This document shows, piece by piece, positions 38,723-49,729 of a DNA stretch of 64,000 nt. The notes beneath the pieces were generated by a model. It did no database searches. It was not told where the DNA came from and worked only from the letters and a program-made list of their open reading frames with translations. The DNA is from a virus. The first letter of the stretch is position 1; each line of letters starts with the position of its first letter. A program made the position numbers and the translations under genes. Where the stretch lies: the IMG/VR virus record IMGVR_UViG_3300001530_000094, one strand, 5' to 3'.

Positions 38723-39709
38723 ATGGCGACAGTAACATATACAGTTTCAGGTACACAGATGCACTCAAGAAAGCCTAAAATAAAAAATGATTTAACAATT
38801 AAAGTTACTAGAAAGAATAAACAAACAAAAAAAGTTACTATTTCTATCACTGGAACTATTACTCCTGCTGCTAGTACAGAATTTTATAGAGGACCATTTT
38901 CTAATCCTCAAACAGGTTTCTATTTTTCAACTCATAAAGGTACAGATGGTAGACATGGAAATTATTATAATTTAAGATATGGTACTGATACTGATATAGA
39001 TGTAAGTTGGAGTGAAGAATGGACTAGTGGCACTTTAAAGATATATAGTCACTGCGGTTTCGGAGACTCAGGAGACCATTCTATTCATTGTTCTTATGAT
39101 TATGATAATATATTACTTAAATCTATAGATATTTCAAAGTTACCTTATGAAGAATATATTGACCCCACTAACTTTACTAGTGGTAAAGTATTTAACCAAA
39201 ATGGAGTACAGAATGGAAATGAAAAGCCAGATAGATGCATTAAAGTAACTTGGTCTGGAGAAAAACCTGGGAGTTATAGCTTTGATAGATATAGTATAGA
39301 TTTATTCAAAGTTTCTGGGCATTATGATGATGGTACGTATAGAATTGGTTCATTTAACAATGTATCTAAAAACACTTTATACGATTTAGATAATATTTCA
39401 TATAATGGAGACTATAGAGACTTAAATAATCGTCATGTTAGACCAGGAGATACTTTGTATGTATGTATCAGAGCTCATAGCACTAAAGGAGATGGAGGTA
39501 GTTGGTTACCTAGATATTATGTAGGAACGATAAAATTATATAAAGATGGAAAGATATTGTATAAACAGTCTAATGGTACTGGAGTAGAATGTACTAAACT
39601 ATATTATAAGCAGTCTAATGGTACAGTACAAAAAGGAAGATATGCTTTTTATAAACAAAATAACAGTACTGTAAAAGTCATAGATATGTATACATATTGT
39701 TATGAATAA
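38723..39709 (+). CDS. Tail/structural hypothetical protein
   Basis: Beta-rich ORF with C-terminal repeats (YKQSNGT..). Confidence 0.6.
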   Translation: MATVTYTVSGTQMHSRKPKIKNDLTIKVTRKNKQTKKVTISITGTITPAASTEFYRGPFSNPQTGFYFSTHKGTDGRHGNYYNLRYGTDTDIDVSWSEEWTSGTLKIYSHCGFGDSGDHSIHCSYDYDNILLKSIDISKLPYEEYIDPTNFTSGKVFNQNGVQNGNEKPDRCIKVTWSGEKPGSYSFDRYSIDLFKVSGHYDDGTYRIGSFNNVSKNTLYDLDNISYNGDYRDLNNRHVRPGDTLYVCIRAHSTKGDGGSWLPRYYVGTIKLYKDGKILYKQSNGTGVECTKLYYKQSNGTVQKGRYAFYKQNNSTVKVIDMYTYCYE

Positions 39710-39729
39710 TAAACAGGAGGTTCACAGAA

Positions 39730-40152
39730 ATGCTCAGAATAAACACAGAGATAATTTTAGATAATGGAATAGTAATTAATTGGCTTCTTTTAAATCTTGT
39801 CTCTATAAGGAAATCTGAATTGGAGTTAACTTTTGATACATTCACTTCTAAAGATTTATTAGTAAAGTCAGTTGAAAGAAAAATAAAAATAAAAGAAAAT
39901 TTAGAATTAGCTGCAAAGTTTAAAGATATGGTTGATAATAAAACTTCTACTGATAAAGATGAACTAAATGAGCTACAAAATAAAATTAATAAATTATCAG
40001 ATGAGGTAGATAATCTTCCAGATTATAATGAAGTAGTTATATCTAATTTTTCAGTTACTATTCCATATTCTCATAAAGAAAAAATAACTAAAGATTTCAT
40101 AGTAGAAAAGTTAAAAGAAAAGAATTTATTTAAGATAGAAAAGTATGAATAG
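39730..40152 (+). CDS. Hypothetical protein, paralogue of 41971-42381
   Basis: Similar INKLSDEVDNLPDY / MNELQEIQDDL organisation. Confidence 0.5.
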   Translation: MLRINTEIILDNGIVINWLLLNLVSIRKSELELTFDTFTSKDLLVKSVERKIKIKENLELAAKFKDMVDNKTSTDKDELNELQNKINKLSDEVDNLPDYNEVVISNFSVTIPYSHKEKITKDFIVEKLKEKNLFKIEKYE

Positions 40153-40169
40153 AAAGGAGATTAGATAAT

Positions 40170-40910
40170 ATGATACAAATGCTTGGTAGTTCTAGACTAC
40201 TTAATAAGGCTATTCAAGAGAATGTTAATTCTACGAATACTAATAGAATTATAGAACTATATGGTATAAGTTCTATTGATGAATTGACTGATGTTCCATT
40301 ATTAGTTAAATCTTCTGTATCTGGCACAAGTGCTACTACTTATATTGAGATAACTAGCAGCGGAACAACTATAGATACAGTAGAACTTAATGTTTATAAC
40401 AATGGTGCAATAGATGTACCATTTTCAAACTGGGTTATAGCAAACCAATTGTACTTTTTAGTATATGATTTTGATAATAGTTGCTTTAACGCTTTTCCAG
40501 TAGGTAGCGGAGAATCAGCTGCTCCCCCTCCTAGTACTTTAATGGCCTTATCAGATGATATCTTGACTTTAACAAATTCTTCTACAGCTTCTGAGATTGA
40601 AACAGCCTTTGGAGATGTTGACAGTGAAGAGACTTTTATGGATTGGGTTAGCAGTATGTCTGGTCAATTAGTTATTTTTGATTTAGATTATAGTATTGTA
40701 AATTATATAACAATAAATAACTATAGAATGTCTAGTGATGGACTACACTACTCAATTTATTTTAATACTTATAATGTTAATAGCAACAATACTTTAGAAT
40801 TAGTTTACAAAGTTATGACTTTTAATAAAACTGCAACTGCTGATACTATATTTAGTTCAGTATCAGTGAAAGAAACTACTATATCTGATGGAAATGGGGT
40901 GGCATACTAA
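40170..40910 (+). CDS. Hypothetical fibre-region protein
   Basis: ORF. Confidence 0.5.
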   Translation: MIQMLGSSRLLNKAIQENVNSTNTNRIIELYGISSIDELTDVPLLVKSSVSGTSATTYIEITSSGTTIDTVELNVYNNGAIDVPFSNWVIANQLYFLVYDFDNSCFNAFPVGSGESAAPPPSTLMALSDDILTLTNSSTASEIETAFGDVDSEETFMDWVSSMSGQLVIFDLDYSIVNYITINNYRMSSDGLHYSIYFNTYNVNSNNTLELVYKVMTFNKTATADTIFSSVSVKETTISDGNGVAY

Positions 40911-41941
40911 TGGGACAAGTTTATGTAGATGAAAATAGTTTAAGTTCAATAGGAAATGCAATCAGAAACATAACTAACACAACTAATAATTTTTATCCTA
41001 ATCAAATGGGACCAGCTATAGAAAATATCAGTATGGGTCCAGAAATTACAGATGCTAGTTACTTATTTTATCATGGAGCTAGAATGTCTCAGTATATAGA
41101 TTTAATAAACTGTATATCTCCTAATGTACATTACACTTCAGAAATGTTTTCAGGACTTAATTTTTCAAATTACCCATTTGAAATCCCTATTTTTAATACA
41201 AGTAATGTAGTACAAGCTTCCAATATGTTTTTTAATTATATAATGCTAAGAAATGCTCCTGCATTTAATTTTAGCAGTCTTACACAGGCTCAATATATGT
41301 TTTCTAACTGTACTAACTTAACAGATATTCCTAATTTTACTACTAGTGATAGGTTACAAAATTTGTGCGGTATTTTTAGATATTGTTATAGTATGACGAA
41401 TACCAGTAATATAAGTTATTGGAATACAGAAAATGTTACTAACATAGACCAGATGTTTCTATTTTGTAATCACATATCAACAATTAATGATTTGAATTTC
41501 CCTAAAGTTACTAATTTAAGAACTTTTTGTGGTGGTTGTCATTCACTTGTTTCATTAAATAATTGCAATTTTAGTAATGCACAGAACTTGTGGCAATCTT
41601 TTAGTCAGTGCTGGAATTTACAAGCTATACCAGAAATTCATTCAGACAATATTATTAATATGTGTGAAGCCTTTGTAAGTTGTTCTAATTTAACAGAAGT
41701 TATACAATATAATACTTTAAAAGTAAAAGATATGTGTAGAACTTTTCAGTTCTGTAATAATTTAAGTAATGCAAGTATACAGAATATAATTAATATGTGT
41801 TTAAATAGTAATATAACAACTGCTAGTTATAAAAATCTAACAGTTAATAATGGTAATAGCCCACTTTATCAGACTAAATTTAATAATTCATACTATCAAG
41901 ATAGATGGCAAGAACTTACAGATGCTGGTTGGACATATTAG
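40910..41941 (+). CDS. BspA-like leucine-rich repeat (DUF285-like) protein
   Basis: Repeats such as NVTNIDQMFLFCNHISTINDLNFPKVTNLRTF; C-terminus NNLSNASIQNIINMCLNSN...TDAGWTY. Confidence 0.85.
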   Translation: MGQVYVDENSLSSIGNAIRNITNTTNNFYPNQMGPAIENISMGPEITDASYLFYHGARMSQYIDLINCISPNVHYTSEMFSGLNFSNYPFEIPIFNTSNVVQASNMFFNYIMLRNAPAFNFSSLTQAQYMFSNCTNLTDIPNFTTSDRLQNLCGIFRYCYSMTNTSNISYWNTENVTNIDQMFLFCNHISTINDLNFPKVTNLRTFCGGCHSLVSLNNCNFSNAQNLWQSFSQCWNLQAIPEIHSDNIINMCEAFVSCSNLTEVIQYNTLKVKDMCRTFQFCNNLSNASIQNIINMCLNSNITTASYKNLTVNNGNSPLYQTKFNNSYYQDRWQELTDAGWTY

Positions 41942-41970
41942 AAGCATAATATTTAATAGGAGGAATTTTC

Positions 41971-42381
41971 ATGGCATTTTTAAAAGAGAGGAAATTAAAA
42001 AATGGAGTTATAACTACCTATCATAGAATTAAATCTGTAAACTATAATTTTTTAGAAGGACAGACTTTAGTAGAGATAGATAGTTATACTTCTAAAGAAT
42101 ACAGAGAAAAAGAGAAGAAAATAGATGAACTAAATAAAACAATTAATGTTCTTTATAATCAGTATAGAACTTCTATAGAAAAAGGAGAAAAACAGTTAGC
42201 AGATTCTATAAGAGAGAAAATGAATGAACTTCAAGAGATTCAAGATGATTTATCTTCTAAAAACTTTATAGCTGATACTTCTGTAGTTACTATAGATTCT
42301 ATACCTGAAGATATAACTATTTCATCTATCTATAAATTACTCAGTACTTTAGAAGAATATTCTGATGCGAAAGAGGTGTAA
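41971..42381 (+). CDS. Hypothetical protein
   Basis: ORF. Confidence 0.5.
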   Translation: MAFLKERKLKNGVITTYHRIKSVNYNFLEGQTLVEIDSYTSKEYREKEKKIDELNKTINVLYNQYRTSIEKGEKQLADSIREKMNELQEIQDDLSSKNFIADTSVVTIDSIPEDITISSIYKLLSTLEEYSDAKEV

Positions 42382-42383
42382 AA

Positions 42384-43022
42384 ATGAAAGAAAGATTGCA
42401 AGTTCCAATAAATGGTTTAGTTAATACTAACCAAAGCTTTTTAAGAGCTGATATAGATACAGTTTACATAGGAAAGAAAAGATATCTAAATATATTAGCT
42501 TCTGTAGAATTAAAGCCTGATATAGGAAAAGCCAGTACTTCTACTTTAGAGACTTTTGAACTTAGAATATCTCTAGATGATAATCTCATAAAGAGAGAAA
42601 CTATAGAAATAGATTTATTAGAAGGAAAAGACTATCAGATAGAGACTGATGTAGAACTTCATAATGTACAGTATGAAACTAGATTATTAAACGTTGAGAT
42701 GTGTAACTTTAGAAATAATATTATAGAATATACAGCAATAAAAGAAATGATAAATATAGAACCTATAAAAGAAAGTAAAACTTTTATAAGAGTAGATTAC
42801 TATCAAGACAAAGACTTAGTTCATAACTTTAGTTATTATACTAATAAATCAACAAATAGAATTTTTATGAAGATGAACAATAATAATTGGAAAGAAATTT
42901 TTAGTGGTTTCAGTTTAAAAAATGAAGAATTAGAAGGAAAAGTAAATTACCTTCAACTTTACACTACAGATGAAGAAAATAACAAAATCTATTCAAATGT
43001 TATCAGATTTATAAAAACTTAA
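42384..43022 (+). CDS. Hypothetical protein
   Basis: ORF. Confidence 0.5.
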   Translation: MKERLQVPINGLVNTNQSFLRADIDTVYIGKKRYLNILASVELKPDIGKASTSTLETFELRISLDDNLIKRETIEIDLLEGKDYQIETDVELHNVQYETRLLNVEMCNFRNNIIEYTAIKEMINIEPIKESKTFIRVDYYQDKDLVHNFSYYTNKSTNRIFMKMNNNNWKEIFSGFSLKNEELEGKVNYLQLYTTDEENNKIYSNVIRFIKT

Positions 43023-43078
43023 ACATCAGAATGACTTTAGAGACATTTTAAAAACTATCTAATATAAATTATATTAAG
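43023..43078 (+). repeat. Dispersed intergenic element copy C
   Basis: ACATCAGAATGACTTTAGAGACATTTTA. Confidence 0.7.
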
Positions 43079-43113
43079 AAGAATAAGTAACCTGCTTAGC
43101 TTATTCTTCTTTT
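43079..43113 (+). terminator. Intrinsic terminator
   Basis: AAGAATAAG-N12-CTTATTCTT-CTTTTCTTTT. Confidence 0.85.
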
Positions 43114-43241
43114 CTTTTGTATAAATAATCTCATCAATATTTAATGCTTTATAATATATTATATTAAGAAGAAATTTAGAAGCAATTATATCGATTGATA
43201 ACCTATCATCATAAGTTTAATAAATTATAGGAGGAAAGAGT

Positions 43242-43959
43242 ATGGATTTCGCAACTATTTCTAAATTAGTAATAGATGCTGGTGTGAGCTTAGCATGTTC
43301 AGCTGTAATGATTTTTGTTTTCTACAGACTGATTAATAAGCACATGAAAGATGAGGAGGAATTAAGAAAAAGTCAGGATGAGCAAAATAAAAAATTATTG
43401 CAACACATTCTAGAATCTACACCTTATGCCATAACTCCCAAGAAATACGATGAAGATGTCGCTATTGATAAAGAAATAAATTCTGTACTAAATAAATTAA
43501 AAGATTCGTTGAACCCTACTAGAACTTATCTAGTAACTTTTCATAACGGAGGAAAAGACTTAAGCGGTTTATCTTTTCTAAAGATGAGTATGCGTAATGA
43601 AGTGACAGCTCCTAACATTAAACCTTTGCAAGGAGAATTTCAAAATGTATTTAGAAATACTTTTGCATATTGGTGTAATGAAATTGCAGAAAAAGGTAAA
43701 TGTTATGTAGAAGATAGAGAAGATATGAAAGAAATAGACTCTAGTCTTTATGATTTTATGAATACTAGAGACATTTATTCTCTTTATGGAAAAGCTATAA
43801 TAAACAATGACGGGCATATTATTCGGTTTTATTGGTGTAGAATATATGGTTAAGCCGAAAGTTGATTTAGACAGAATAGAACACTGTTTAACAGATAAGA
43901 AAAATAAAATAGAAGCTCTTTTAAATTACGCACAAAATAACGGAAAGAAAGGAGAGTAA
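43242..43959 (+). CDS. Membrane-anchored GAF-like (holin-like) protein requiring a +1 shift at CGGT 43824-43827
   Basis: ...NNDGHII-[G]-FIGVEYMVKPKVDLDRIEHCLTDKKNKIEALLNYAQNNGKKGE*; the shifted frame stops 2 nt before the next start at 43962. Confidence 0.83.
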
Positions 43960-43961
43960 GT

Positions 43962-44693
43962 ATGTACGCAGAAATAAAGAATGCAAATAAGATTTTAATA
44001 AATAGATTAGCAGATACTGAAAGAATATTATTAGAACAAATTGCTAATGAAGCAGAAACTGCAGAAATAACTTTCTCTAAACTAACTGGTGAAACAGGTG
44101 ATTTTGACGGTATAATGATAAATGTTACTAATACTATTAAAAAGATAGAACCTACAGAGAAAATACTTTCTGAAATTACAGTTTTAGTAGGAGAACCTAA
44201 AGAATATGTATTACCAGTAGATGGAGAAGTTACAGTTTTAACAGCATATAACAATGAACATCTTAAAGTTACTGCTAGTAATAATAAACTAGTATTTTCT
44301 ACTGATGGTGTATTTGAAGATACAGTTCATTATGAAATTACTAAAGCTGGATATGAATCTTTAGCCGGAGAAATAAAAATAATTTCTAAAGAAAGAGATG
44401 AAGTTACTCTAACTATTAACACAGACCCAGCTGACCCAGATGCTATATTAGTATTTGATGAACATGATACTAAGTTAATCCCAGTAAATTCTGATATTAT
44501 AAATATCTATTCATTACCAATAGGAACTTATAAAATAGTAATTTCTAAGATAAACTATAGACAAACAGAAGATTTGATAACTATTACTTCAGAAGATTTA
44601 GCTAATAAAACTAAGACTATTACTATAGAATTAACTGCTATAAACTCTGAAGATGTAGTTCATTTAGTAGATGAAGAAGAGGAGGGAGCATAG
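43962..44693 (+). CDS. Ig-like/fibre accessory protein
   Basis: Beta-rich repeats (YVLPVDGEVTVLTAY..). Confidence 0.5.
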   Translation: MYAEIKNANKILINRLADTERILLEQIANEAETAEITFSKLTGETGDFDGIMINVTNTIKKIEPTEKILSEITVLVGEPKEYVLPVDGEVTVLTAYNNEHLKVTASNNKLVFSTDGVFEDTVHYEITKAGYESLAGEIKIISKERDEVTLTINTDPADPDAILVFDEHDTKLIPVNSDIINIYSLPIGTYKIVISKINYRQTEDLITITSEDLANKTKTITIELTAINSEDVVHLVDEEEEGA

Positions 44694-44913
44694 TATGGCT
44701 AAAAATTTATTTATAGAAACAAAAAGTGGGAAACTTCAAAATCTATATCTTTTACAAGATGTAAGAGCTGTAGAATCTGAAGAAGAGCCTGAAAAATATG
44801 CTCTAGCCTATGTTCAAGAAAATGGTGTTATATTAGAAGATATGTTGTATGACACTATGGAAGAAGCAGAAGCTGCTGTAGAAGAAGTAAAAGCAGAAAT
44901 TTTAGGAGAGTAA
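44671..44913 (+). CDS. Small hypothetical protein; the ATG near 44695 is likelier
   Basis: Paralogous to 44928-45287. Confidence 0.55.
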   Translation: MKKRREHSMAKNLFIETKSGKLQNLYLLQDVRAVESEEEPEKYALAYVQENGVILEDMLYDTMEEAEAAVEEVKAEILGE

Positions 44914-44927
44914 AGGAGGTTGTAAAT

Positions 44928-45287
44928 ATGGCTGCTGAGCAAGGTTTATTCATTGAAAGATTAGATGGTAGAGCCGCAAATGTTAGTTTAATTCAAACCA
45001 TATTTATAGACCCTGAAGACTCTACCAATATAGTATGGTATTTTAGAAACGGAGAAACTTATGAAGAAGATTTAGCTTCTGAAGAAGAAGCTCAAAGTAG
45101 ATATGATGCTTTAAAAGGATTGCTTTTAGGAGTAACTATTGCAGAACTAGAAGAAACTATTACAGAGCAAGCAAATACAATTGCAGAACAAGAAGAAGTA
45201 ATAGATGATTTAAACGTAAATATAGATGAGTTTGTTGAAAAAACTGAAGTTATATTATCAGGAGAGGAGGAATCTTTAAATGCCTAA
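44928..45287 (+). CDS. Small hypothetical fibre-associated protein
   Basis: AAEQGLFIERLDGRAANVSLIQTIFIDPED... Confidence 0.55.
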   Translation: MAAEQGLFIERLDGRAANVSLIQTIFIDPEDSTNIVWYFRNGETYEEDLASEEEAQSRYDALKGLLLGVTIAELEETITEQANTIAEQEEVIDDLNVNIDEFVEKTEVILSGEEESLNA

Positions 45288-46668
45288 GTCAAGTGTAGAA
45301 CAGTTAAGAGATAATTTAACAGAAATAGAAGATATAAAGGGACAGATAAGACAAGCAATAATAGCAAAAGAGACAGAGGTTCCTTTAGATACACCTTTCT
45401 CAGAATATCCTCAGAAAATAGAAGATATTCAAACAAAAGAAGATTTAGACAATGTATTAAATACTCAAGATGAAAAAATAGCTGAGTTAGAAGCTGCTTT
45501 AGAGAATAAAACTGCTGGCGGAAAAGTTAAATTAAATATATATGCTCAGACAACAGAACCAACAGACAAAAACGGTATATGGCTTCAAACAGATAAGACT
45601 TTTGATAAAATTTATTTTGACACAAATGTGGTGACAGCTGCGACTTGGGACACATCTATGACATATACTTCTATACCTTATGAGTTTCGTTATGGAGGAA
45701 GCGCAACAGTAGGGACAGATATTTACCTTTTTGGTTCAAGTAGTGCTAGAAACACCGCTTATAAATATGACACTTTGACAGACACTTATTCTCAATTAGC
45801 AGATATACCATATTCATTTTATGGGGGAAGTACAATTGCTGTTGACACAGATATTTATTTATTTGGGTCTAATGTATCAGGTAATACAAAAAAAGCGTAT
45901 AAGTATGACACGTTGACTGATACATACATGGCTTTAACAGATATACCTTATGATTTTGCTAGAGGTGGAATATCTTATTTAAACGGAATTATATATTTGC
46001 TGGGGGGTAAGGATGATTATAGTACAGGTTATAAATATGATATAAATGCTAATAGTTATACACAAATCCCAGGTTCTCCTAATGGGGTAAGATTTGATTG
46101 TCGTTATGCAGAAGTTGCAACTGTCGGTGAGGATGTTTATATATTTGGGGGAGGTCGTGTGGACTATACTGTCTATGTAAAAACTGCTTATAAATATAAT
46201 ATGACTACAAATGTAGTGACTAAACTTACTGATTTACCTGAGAATGTGTATTATGGGGGTGCTATATCATTTGGTTCAAGCATTTATTTGTTTGGAAATT
46301 ATTCATACGCATATAAATATGATGTAGATAGTGATAGTTATGAAGCTATACCTAGTCCTGGTGCAAGTCATTCTTATATAGGTTGTAGAGTAGAAATAGT
46401 GCAAAATAAAATTTTTATATTAGGTGGAAATGGTTATCCGACATTAATAAGTGTTTATTTATTAGGCACTAAAGAATACAATGATAACTCTATTGTAGTA
46501 TCACAAGGTCCTAGTTTGAAGACATCTCTGTTTGAAATAAATGGTGTAGAAGGAAGATTGTTGTTTTATTTTGCAGATGCCTGGTATTATACCACTGAAA
46601 ATGGGTTAGATAATACTATTCCTACTTATTATGGTAATAGTACAGAATGGATAAAATTTAAAAACTAG
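45280..46668 (+). CDS. Kelch-repeat beta-propeller tail/adhesin protein
   Basis: Repeats YKYDTLTDTYSQLADIPYSFYGGSTIAVDTDIYLFG; N-terminal LRDNLTEIEDIKGQIRQAIIAKE adapter. Confidence 0.85.
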   Translation: MPKSSVEQLRDNLTEIEDIKGQIRQAIIAKETEVPLDTPFSEYPQKIEDIQTKEDLDNVLNTQDEKIAELEAALENKTAGGKVKLNIYAQTTEPTDKNGIWLQTDKTFDKIYFDTNVVTAATWDTSMTYTSIPYEFRYGGSATVGTDIYLFGSSSARNTAYKYDTLTDTYSQLADIPYSFYGGSTIAVDTDIYLFGSNVSGNTKKAYKYDTLTDTYMALTDIPYDFARGGISYLNGIIYLLGGKDDYSTGYKYDINANSYTQIPGSPNGVRFDCRYAEVATVGEDVYIFGGGRVDYTVYVKTAYKYNMTTNVVTKLTDLPENVYYGGAISFGSSIYLFGNYSYAYKYDVDSDSYEAIPSPGASHSYIGCRVEIVQNKIFILGGNGYPTLISVYLLGTKEYNDNSIVVSQGPSLKTSLFEINGVEGRLLFYFADAWYYTTENGLDNTIPTYYGNSTEWIKFKN

Positions 46669-46687
46669 AAGAAAGGAGAAAAATTAA

Positions 46688-48026
46688 ATGTCAAGTGGAA
46701 CAAATCAAGAAAGAATAGAACAAAATAATTTAAAGTTAGCTCAATTGAAAACTAAGGCAGATAACTTACCAGAGTATCAAGACATAGAACCTATATATAG
46801 TAATGAAAATTTTTCATTATTTAAAACAAATTTAACCTATGCTAATAATAAGTATATAATATCAAATCTTGATAATAAATATATATCTTATTATATTAGT
46901 AATAATAATCCATATCATCATTATATTGCAAAAGTAAATAATGATGGTACAATTACTAATTTATTTTATAGACAAAAAGGGGAAAGTGGTAGTACTTATT
47001 CTATTGAATTAATTGATTATGATGATAACTATTTATATTTATATGATAGAAATGCTAATTATCGGTAGACAATGGAATTGGAAGATTCAAAGATTTAATC
47101 TATTAACGAATACTATGGAAAGTGATACTTATTGGACAGTTTCAGTAGATGCTAGCAACTGGTTTTATGGACAACATGCATTTAACAATTTAGGTAATGG
47201 ATATGTTCAGCTCACAGATTATGGTTATCCTATTTATAAACTAGATGTAAAAAATAAAGTACGTACCATAGTAAAAAGTCCTGCAAATGCAACTACTTAT
47301 TCATTAATGTTTAATTCCAATATAGTTGCAGCTAATGTGACTGGTACATACACATATATTGTACTTTTAAATTTATTAACTAAAGCGGAGTTAAAAGTAA
47401 ATGTGAATGCAAAAACATATAATGCAATATTAGTAAGTAATGATAGAGTTGTTATAAATAATAATTTATATGTTCTTAATGAGAATCTTACTACAGGTGA
47501 ATTAATTAAAGAAAATGTAATAGAAGGGTATGTAGCTAACGCAACTTGGCTCCTAAACATATATCCTAGCTATTATATGGAATATAATAGAGGTATTTTA
47601 TACTACTTTAATGAAGATACTAATATGTTTGAAAAAGTTTTAAATACTTCTGGTATTATGAGACAGGATTCCGGCTATAAGTCATATAATGCAAAAATAT
47701 GTAATGTAAGCAATTTATATAATATAGTCAAAGCTGATAACTCAGATAAAATTATAGGATATAAATATGATGGTATTACTATGATGTTACCAAATGGCTT
47801 AAGTACATCTTCTGATAAACTTTTAGTTGGTTCTTATCTATATAATAAATTTAATGTGGGTGTTGCCGGAACTATGCCTAATAATGGAGCACTAAATTAT
47901 ACACCATCTACTTCACAACAAACTATACCTGCAGGATATACCTCTGGAGGAACAGTAGCTGCAGTATCTATGACAGAGCAAGAGATAGAACAAGCAGAAA
48001 CTTTAGCAACAGATATACTAAGTTAA
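46688..48026 (+). CDS. Propeller-like fibre protein requiring a +1 shift at CGGT 47063-47066
   Basis: 46688-47068 and 47013-48026 join as ...YDDNYLYLYDRNANY-[G]-RQWNWKIQRFNLLTNTMESDTYW... Confidence 0.85.
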
Positions 48027-48045
48027 GAAAGGGAGGCAGATAAGT

Positions 48046-48521
48046 ATGTCAGATTTATCAAGACTAAATAAAAACAATGACGATTTAGTAGAAGTTGAGC
48101 AAATGGCTGAAGAACTACCAGACATAGACCCAGATACAAGTACCGCAACTGCAACTGCCTCTGACATTATAGCTCGGTAAAACTGCGTGGGCAGTAAATA
48201 GAGAAATAACTGGTACTATTGGAGATTGTAGAAATATAGGAGATTTTTCTCTTATAAATTCTACAGTTAATATGTCAGACCCTTCACGGAATTAAAGTTA
48301 TAGGTAACTTAGATATTATAGAAAATACAGCCGCTTTTAGTAATACTGCTAACTTTATTTCTTTTGTAGGGTATGATAGATTAGCCATTTTACTTGGAAT
48401 ATATCCAGAGAAAATAAAAGCTGGTGAGGTAATTTCTGGCATAACTGGAATTTATGAAGGAGTAATGACTCAAGCAGAACTAAATGAATTGCTAGAGATT
48501 ACTAATGAAATACTAAACTAG
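48046..48521 (+). CDS. Hypothetical protein requiring two +1 shifts, at CGGT 48175-48178 and CGGA 48287-48290
   Basis: MSDLSRLNKNNDDLVEVEQMAEELPDIDPDTSTATATASDIIA-[G]-KTAWAVNREITGTIGDCRNIGDFSLINSTVNMSDPS-[G]-IKVIGNLDIIENTAAFSNTANFISFVGYDRLAILLGIYPEKIKAGEVISGITGIYEGVMTQAELNELLEITNEILN*; RBS ggaggcag. Confidence 0.87.
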
Positions 48522-48537
48522 AGAGGAGGATTATAAC

Positions 48538-49680
48538 TTGATTAATATAGAACTTGGAAAAGGAGTAAATTTAGACAAAGACGGAAGAAACTTATATAGA
48601 TACTTACACAATGATTTACCCAGTGCAAATGAAATAACTATATGGGATAACGGTAAAGCAACTATAAAAAATATGTGTAATATGTTTAATAGTATGATTA
48701 ATCTAACTAATCTTAATATAAGTAATTTAAACACTTATAATGTGATAGATATGAGTAATTTTTGCAGAGGGTGTAATAATCTAAGAAGTCTTTCTAATTT
48801 TGATACTTCTAGAGCTACTAATATGAAATATGCATTTAAAAATTGTAAAAACATAACTTCTTTTGAGAATTATGATACTTCTAATACTTTAGACTTATAT
48901 GGAATCTTTGAAGGATGTACAGCGATTACTACTATACCTAATTATAATGTAATAAATGCAACTAACTTTAGTAATATGTTTAATGGATGTACAGCTTTAA
49001 CTTCTATACCAGAATTAAATACTAATAGAGCAATGCAGATGAGTAATATGTTTTCACAATGCAAAAACCTAACTACTATTCCACTACTAGATACACATAG
49101 AGTAACTAACATGAGTAACATGTTTTTAAATTGTAGTAAATTAAATAATATTCCTGAATTACTTACTTCTAATTTATCTAACATGGCATATATGTTTGCT
49201 TATTGTGAAAATATTAGCACTATTCCTAACTTAATAACTACTAATGTAAGCAATATTTCTGGAGTATTTTTTGAGTGTAAAAATTTAACTCAAGCTCCTA
49301 ACATTAATACCTCTAAAGTAGAAGATGCAAGTGCAATGTTTTATAACTGTATTAAATTAGTTAATGCTCCACTTTATATTTTTACTAATACTTTAGAGAT
49401 GGACACTATGTTTTATAATTGCACATCATTAGAAAGAGTTCCAATTTATAACACATCTAAAGTAACCAACATGAGTAAGATGTTCTATAGATGTAATAAT
49501 TTAGTTAATGCAAGTATACAAAATATAATAAGTATGTGTTTGAATAGTAATATTACAGATACAAATCAAATGAATCTTAATAATGCAAATCAATATAGTC
49601 CATTTAATGGAACTAAATTCAATGCAAGTTATTATGAAAATAGATACAATGAGATAAATGCAGCGGGCTGGAAGTACTAA
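48538..49680 (+). CDS. BspA-like LRR protein
   Basis: Tandem 23-26 residue repeats: MKYAFKNCKNITSFENYDTSNTLDLYGIFEGC... Confidence 0.85.
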   Translation: MINIELGKGVNLDKDGRNLYRYLHNDLPSANEITIWDNGKATIKNMCNMFNSMINLTNLNISNLNTYNVIDMSNFCRGCNNLRSLSNFDTSRATNMKYAFKNCKNITSFENYDTSNTLDLYGIFEGCTAITTIPNYNVINATNFSNMFNGCTALTSIPELNTNRAMQMSNMFSQCKNLTTIPLLDTHRVTNMSNMFLNCSKLNNIPELLTSNLSNMAYMFAYCENISTIPNLITTNVSNISGVFFECKNLTQAPNINTSKVEDASAMFYNCIKLVNAPLYIFTNTLEMDTMFYNCTSLERVPIYNTSKVTNMSKMFYRCNNLVNASIQNIISMCLNSNITDTNQMNLNNANQYSPFNGTKFNASYYENRYNEINAAGWKY

Positions 49681-49729
49681 AGATAAAAGATAAAGTTTTT
49701 AAAATAACTAAAAGAAAGGAGATACCTAA

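Noticed and set aside
34225-48290. Calling the split genes pseudogenes
   Set aside because: Both sides of each junction remain intact over hundreds of codons with normal RBSs and gene spacing, and essential genes are involved. Decay would also leave other frame breaks not at CGG, and I found none.
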